Both the position numbers and the translations under genes were made by a program. A stretch of 15,497 nucleotides of DNA, taken from positions 1 to 15,497 of the forward strand of contig CAYZSS010000020.1 in NCBI GenBank assembly GCA_964480435.1, read 5' to 3'. This DNA is from an uncultured archaeon. Lineage in GTDB: Archaea > Iainarchaeota > Iainarchaeia > Iainarchaeales > 0-14-0-20-30-16. A model generated the notes under the pieces. That model worked only from the letters and a program-made list of their open reading frames with translations, had not been told where the DNA came from and made no database searches. Of the stretch, positions 12,978 to 15,497 are shown piece by piece (positions within the stretch are counted from its first letter, which is position 1; the number at the start of each line of letters is the position of its first letter).

Positions 12978-13685
12978 TTATTTTTTTAGATATTCTTCTA
13001 GGTTGTATACATTTGCTTTTTTGTCTGTTATTATCCCTAATTTAACTCTATTTAAATCAACTTTCTCTTTATCATAGGTTTGTTTCAAAGCATTTACACA
13101 AAGTTTAACCGCGTCTTTTTCAGAAACAGTGTTCTTGTAATTTTTCTCTAAAAAGACCATTGCTTTTTGCCTATTTCTACCAATTGCCAGTGCAGAATAT
13201 TCTGCTACAGATCCAGATGGTTCTGTTTCATAAATATGACATTCACTATCTTTTCCAACAATTATAAATGATACCCCGTATGGTCTCATACCACCATATT
13301 GTGTGCAGGTTTGTTGTATTCCACCTATTTTTTTAGCTAAAAAAGATATTTCTATTGATTCCCCATAAATCATTCTATTTTCTTGAACCAGTTCTCTAGA
13401 AAATTCAACTATTTTTCTTGCATCCCCTGCCATACCGGCGGAAATCATGTAAATTTGGTCATCAATTTTAAACACTTTTTCAAGGGTATCAGAAATTAAC
13501 AATTTAGAATCAAAATTTAAATCTGCTAAAAATACAATACCATCTTTATACTTCAATGCAATAGCGGGAGTCCCCTTATCTATTATTTTTGTAGCATATT
13601 CTACTTGGTATAGTTTTCCCTCTGGACTAAATACAGTTATAGCCCTATCATATGCCATTGCCGGTGCCTTAGAAGCAGTATACAT
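12978..13685 (-). CDS. psmA: proteasome subunit alpha
   Basis: YDRAITVFSPEGKLYQVEYA is the alpha-subunit N-terminal signature, followed by GMAGDAR and a typical Ntn-fold core. It is the first gene of the superoperon. GGGGGAT SD 5 nt upstream of the ATG. Confidence 0.95.
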   Translation of the reverse strand: MYTASKAPAMAYDRAITVFSPEGKLYQVEYATKIIDKGTPAIALKYKDGIVFLADLNFDSKLLISDTLEKVFKIDDQIYMISAGMAGDARKIVEFSRELVQENRMIYGESIEISFLAKKIGGIQQTCTQYGGMRPYGVSFIIVGKDSECHIYETEPSGSVAEYSALAIGRNRQKAMVFLEKNYKNTVSEKDAVKLCVNALKQTYDKEKVDLNRVKLGIITDKKANVYNLEEYLKK

Positions 13686-13831
13686 AGTTTATCCCCCAAA
13701 AAAATTAAAAATGAAAACAATAACAAAAACAGAATTTTATGTTATTATACTTATATATTTTATAGTAGAGTTTTTTTAAACCTTTCGAGCCTTTTTAAAA
13801 AAAATACTCTATAAGAAGCTCCAGATACTTT

Positions 13832-14017
13832 TTAACTAGTTGATGCTGGAACTGCAGCCACCGGTTGAGCAGCTGCCACCTTAGTAGTTCCTTTAAACAT
13901 TGGTTTTACTACTGCGATAAGAACAACAGCAGCAATTGCTAGAATTAGGACCATATAAAGGGTATTCCACTCAGACTGCCCTTTCTTTTCTGTTAGGAAT
14001 ACCTTTATATCTCTCAT
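13832..14017 (-). CDS. small class-III-signal-peptide (archaeal type IV pilin-like) protein
   Basis: 61 aa: MRDIKVFLTEKKG|QSEWNTLYMVLILAIAAVVLIAVV... It has a short charged leader, a KG/Q prepilin-peptidase-type site and then an 18-residue hydrophobic helix. It resembles the QxSxExxxL class III signal family. AGGTGAT SD 5 nt upstream of the ATG. Confidence 0.6.
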   Translation of the reverse strand: MRDIKVFLTEKKGQSEWNTLYMVLILAIAAVVLIAVVKPMFKGTTKVAAAQPVAAVPASTS

Positions 14018-14094
14018 TCAAATCACCTTTTGATTTTAATGCGCCTGAAACTTTTTGCCTTTTTAGCAAAAAGCTTTCTTGTCATTCAAATCAC
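14014..14094 (-). repeat. copy B of the recurring intergenic hairpin element, flanked by a perfect 13-nt duplication of the pilin SD+ATG
   Basis: tcattcaaatcac occurs at 14014-14026 and 14082-14094. The 55-nt core (14027-14081) has an 8-bp hairpin, CTTTTTGC/GCAAAAAG (14051-14073). A 20-codon mini-ORF (14023-14085) ends with the TGA of the downstream AGGTGA. Confidence 0.7.
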
Positions 14095-14598
14095 TTACTT
14101 CTTAGGACCTATAGTAACAAAACACATTGTATCTTCAGCGCCTAATTGAGGGCTGCATTTACTAAAAACATCATAGGCCGCAGGTATAGTACCATCAGTA
14201 CTACAGAAAGCATACAAAGTTACTTCTTTATCACTTTTTCCACTATAAATTATACCATCAGTCGCCGAAAAAGAGGATAAAGTAGATGCAGCAGGTTCAC
14301 AAAATATAATCTGTGATTCATCTAAACCTACCCCTGCTTGAGTAATCTGTTGTGATACAATTGCATTATTTTTTTCTGTAAAAGTAACATTTTTAGATTG
14401 TGAGGTATACGGACTACTATAAGCAGTTTTTACCAAATCTTTTACTGCGGAATCTGGTTTACTTGATGGATTGAAGTTAATCATACCCATAATATTCAGT
14501 AGTAACATTAATATTGCCAAAGATACAATTGCAGCAATTAGAATTTTAAATACACTAAAAGCCTGCCCCTTCTGACTTTTAATTTTTAAGTTTATCAT
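14095..14598 (-). CDS. type IV pilin-like protein (class III signal peptide, Cys-containing globular domain)
   Basis: MINLKIKSQKG|QAFSVFKILIAAIVSLAILMLLLNIMGMI has a charged leader, a KG/Q site and a hydrophobic helix. A ~125-aa S/T-rich domain with 4 Cys follows. The longest ORF starts at 14613, but GGAGGT (14611-14606) lies 7 nt upstream of ATG 14598, which gives the canonical short leader. Confidence 0.6.
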   Translation of the reverse strand: MINLKIKSQKGQAFSVFKILIAAIVSLAILMLLLNIMGMINFNPSSKPDSAVKDLVKTAYSSPYTSQSKNVTFTEKNNAIVSQQITQAGVGLDESQIIFCEPAASTLSSFSATDGIIYSGKSDKEVTLYAFCSTDGTIPAAYDVFSKCSPQLGAEDTMCFVTIGPKK

Positions 14599-14685
14599 AA
14601 TTATAACCTCCATGAGTCATATATAATAAACCAATCTTATTTAAAAAAGTAACTCATCCCAATATTATAAATTGAGTGATGTATA

Positions 14686-15327
14686 ATGCGGATTCCAGAG
14701 ATACAACGAAAAATAGCTGTTTTGTTATTATCTGAACCAAAAACAACAGAAGAGATTAACAAGCAGTTAGATGTGGGGTATGCCCAGGTAACAAAAGAAC
14801 TAAATAACATGCTGAAGCAGAACCTTATTAAGAAAATTGATGGATTCCCAACAAAATACACTCTTGAAGACTATATTATTGAAACAATTAAAAAACGAAA
14901 GAAAGTTGCAGAAAGCGACGCATATAGACTAAAATTAAGGGCAATCATAGAATTACAAGGAATTGACAAAGACCTGGTAAAAATAAACCTAGATAAAATA
15001 GGCAATATGCTAAAAAATGAAAAAAACTTCACAATTTATGATTCAAAAATATCAGAAATACTTGAACAAGATAATATGTATTTTGGGTATTTAGATTTAA
15101 CACTTACTTTAAAAAACTTTTCAACATTAATTTATTTCGTTAGTTACTACACACCAACAAGTGTAGAAGTAATATCTCCTGAAAAATACGATCTATCCAT
15201 GTTTGAATTACAAGATGGAATCATGGATTTGTCAATGTTAGTTCAAAGATATACTTCTGAAATACAGAAGAGATTAACTCAGGAAGAAGTAAAGAAAATG
15301 CAAGACCTGCTTTACAAAGTAAACTAA
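14686..15327 (+). CDS. winged-helix (ArsR/MarR-like) DNA-binding protein with an uncharacterised C-terminal domain
   Basis: The N-terminal ~65 aa (IQRKIAVLLLSEPKTTEEINKQLDVGYAQVTKELNNMLKQNLIKKIDGFPTKYTL) have the wHTH helix-turn-helix-wing pattern. GTGAT SD 5 nt upstream of the ATG. The gene is divergent from the pilin-like genes. The C-terminal ~140 aa are unrecognised. Confidence 0.6.
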   Translation: MRIPEIQRKIAVLLLSEPKTTEEINKQLDVGYAQVTKELNNMLKQNLIKKIDGFPTKYTLEDYIIETIKKRKKVAESDAYRLKLRAIIELQGIDKDLVKINLDKIGNMLKNEKNFTIYDSKISEILEQDNMYFGYLDLTLTLKNFSTLIYFVSYYTPTSVEVISPEKYDLSMFELQDGIMDLSMLVQRYTSEIQKRLTQEEVKKMQDLLYKVN

Positions 15328-15442
15328 AGCAAGTAGGAAAGAGAATAGCACTAGTTATTCTAATTTGATTCTTAGTTACGCGAAGCACTTTTCTTTTTGG
15401 GTAACTTACACTTTTTCTTTCGTAAAAGAAAAAGGGCAGCGG

Positions 15443-15497
15443 GGGAAGGTAGCTCAGTCCGGAAGAGCAATAGGCTGAAGACCTATGTGTCGAGGGT
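15443..15497 (+). tRNA. tRNA-Phe (anticodon GAA), truncated by the window edge
   Basis: Manual cloverleaf: acceptor GGGAAGG, TA, D-stem GCTC/GAGC with loop AGTCCGGAA, anticodon stem ATAGG/CCTAT, loop CTGAAGA (U33, GAA at 34-36), variable GTGTC, then the start of the T-stem GAGGG. The 3' half lies outside the window. Confidence 0.85.

Noticed and set aside
13711-13779. 22-codon plus-strand ORF (MKTITKTEFYVIILIYFIVEFF) in the psmA upstream region
   Set aside because: It has no SD and lies antisense within the A/T-rich psmA promoter and leader. Short hydrophobic ORFs like this are expected by chance in AT-rich DNA.
13776-13808. A/T palindrome TTTTTTTAAA...TTTAAAAAAA downstream of the small pilin gene, considered as a structured terminator
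   Set aside because: The stem is purely A/T with a 13-nt loop, so its stability is doubtful. The T8 run on the sense strand alone is a sufficient oligo-T termination signal, so no separate structured feature is claimed.
13936-14861. ORFs 13936-14145 (+) and 14637-14861 (-)
   Set aside because: The first spans the small-pilin start, the intergenic element and the end of the larger pilin gene on the wrong strand. The second is antisense to the 5' end of the wHTH gene and crosses the divergent promoter. Neither has an SD.
1-15497. CRISPR arrays, IS elements, transposase/integrase genes, prophage remnants, rRNA
   Set aside because: I saw no regularly spaced direct repeats, no terminal inverted repeats bracketing an ORF, and no recombinase-like ORF. 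The only HTH of resolvase type (1583-1778) lacks a catalytic domain. No rRNA-like conserved stretches were seen.

Overview
This is an AT-rich archaeal chromosomal segment. Hand GC counts of single 60-nt lines in housekeeping genes gave 27-40%. About 85% of it is conserved information-processing genes, all on the minus strand, in two blocks. Block 1 (1786-5822) is rps19e-rpl39e-rpl31e-eif6-pfdA-ftsY-trm56. Block 2 (8485-13685) is the archaeal exosome/proteasome superoperon: psmA-SBDS-rrp4-rrp41-rrp42-rpl37ae-rpoP-Brix-pcc1-pfdB. rpoP is a 45-codon gene missing from the supplied ORF track. Most of these genes are preceded by a GGTGAT-type (less often GGAGG or GGGGG) Shine-Dalgarno (SD) sequence. 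The small proteins, the K/E-rich tails on ribosomal proteins and the lack of rplX suggest a small-genome, possibly DPANN-like, archaeon, but that is a guess. Accessory content is as follows: a plus-strand two-gene cassette between the blocks (a 558-aa ORFan plus an MBL-fold hydrolase, both SD-less with TATA-like boxes about 26 nt upstream of the ATG); two class-III-signal-peptide (type IV pilin-like) genes with a divergent wHTH gene; a frameshifted small HTH gene; an M20 deacylase; a small membrane protein; and a partial tRNA-Phe(GAA) at the 3' edge. The most unusual signal is not a protein. A roughly 50-nt intergenic hairpin element occurs three times, in the rpl39e-rpl31e, rrp42-rpl37ae and pilin-pilin spacers. 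Each copy is inserted just upstream of a gene start. It is flanked by a perfect (13-14 nt) or degenerate duplication of that gene's SD+ATG. In two copies this creates 20-21-codon mini-ORFs whose TGA stop lies inside the real gene's SD. I saw no CRISPR array, transposase, integrase or rRNA. All homology calls come from motif recognition by eye, not from database searches.
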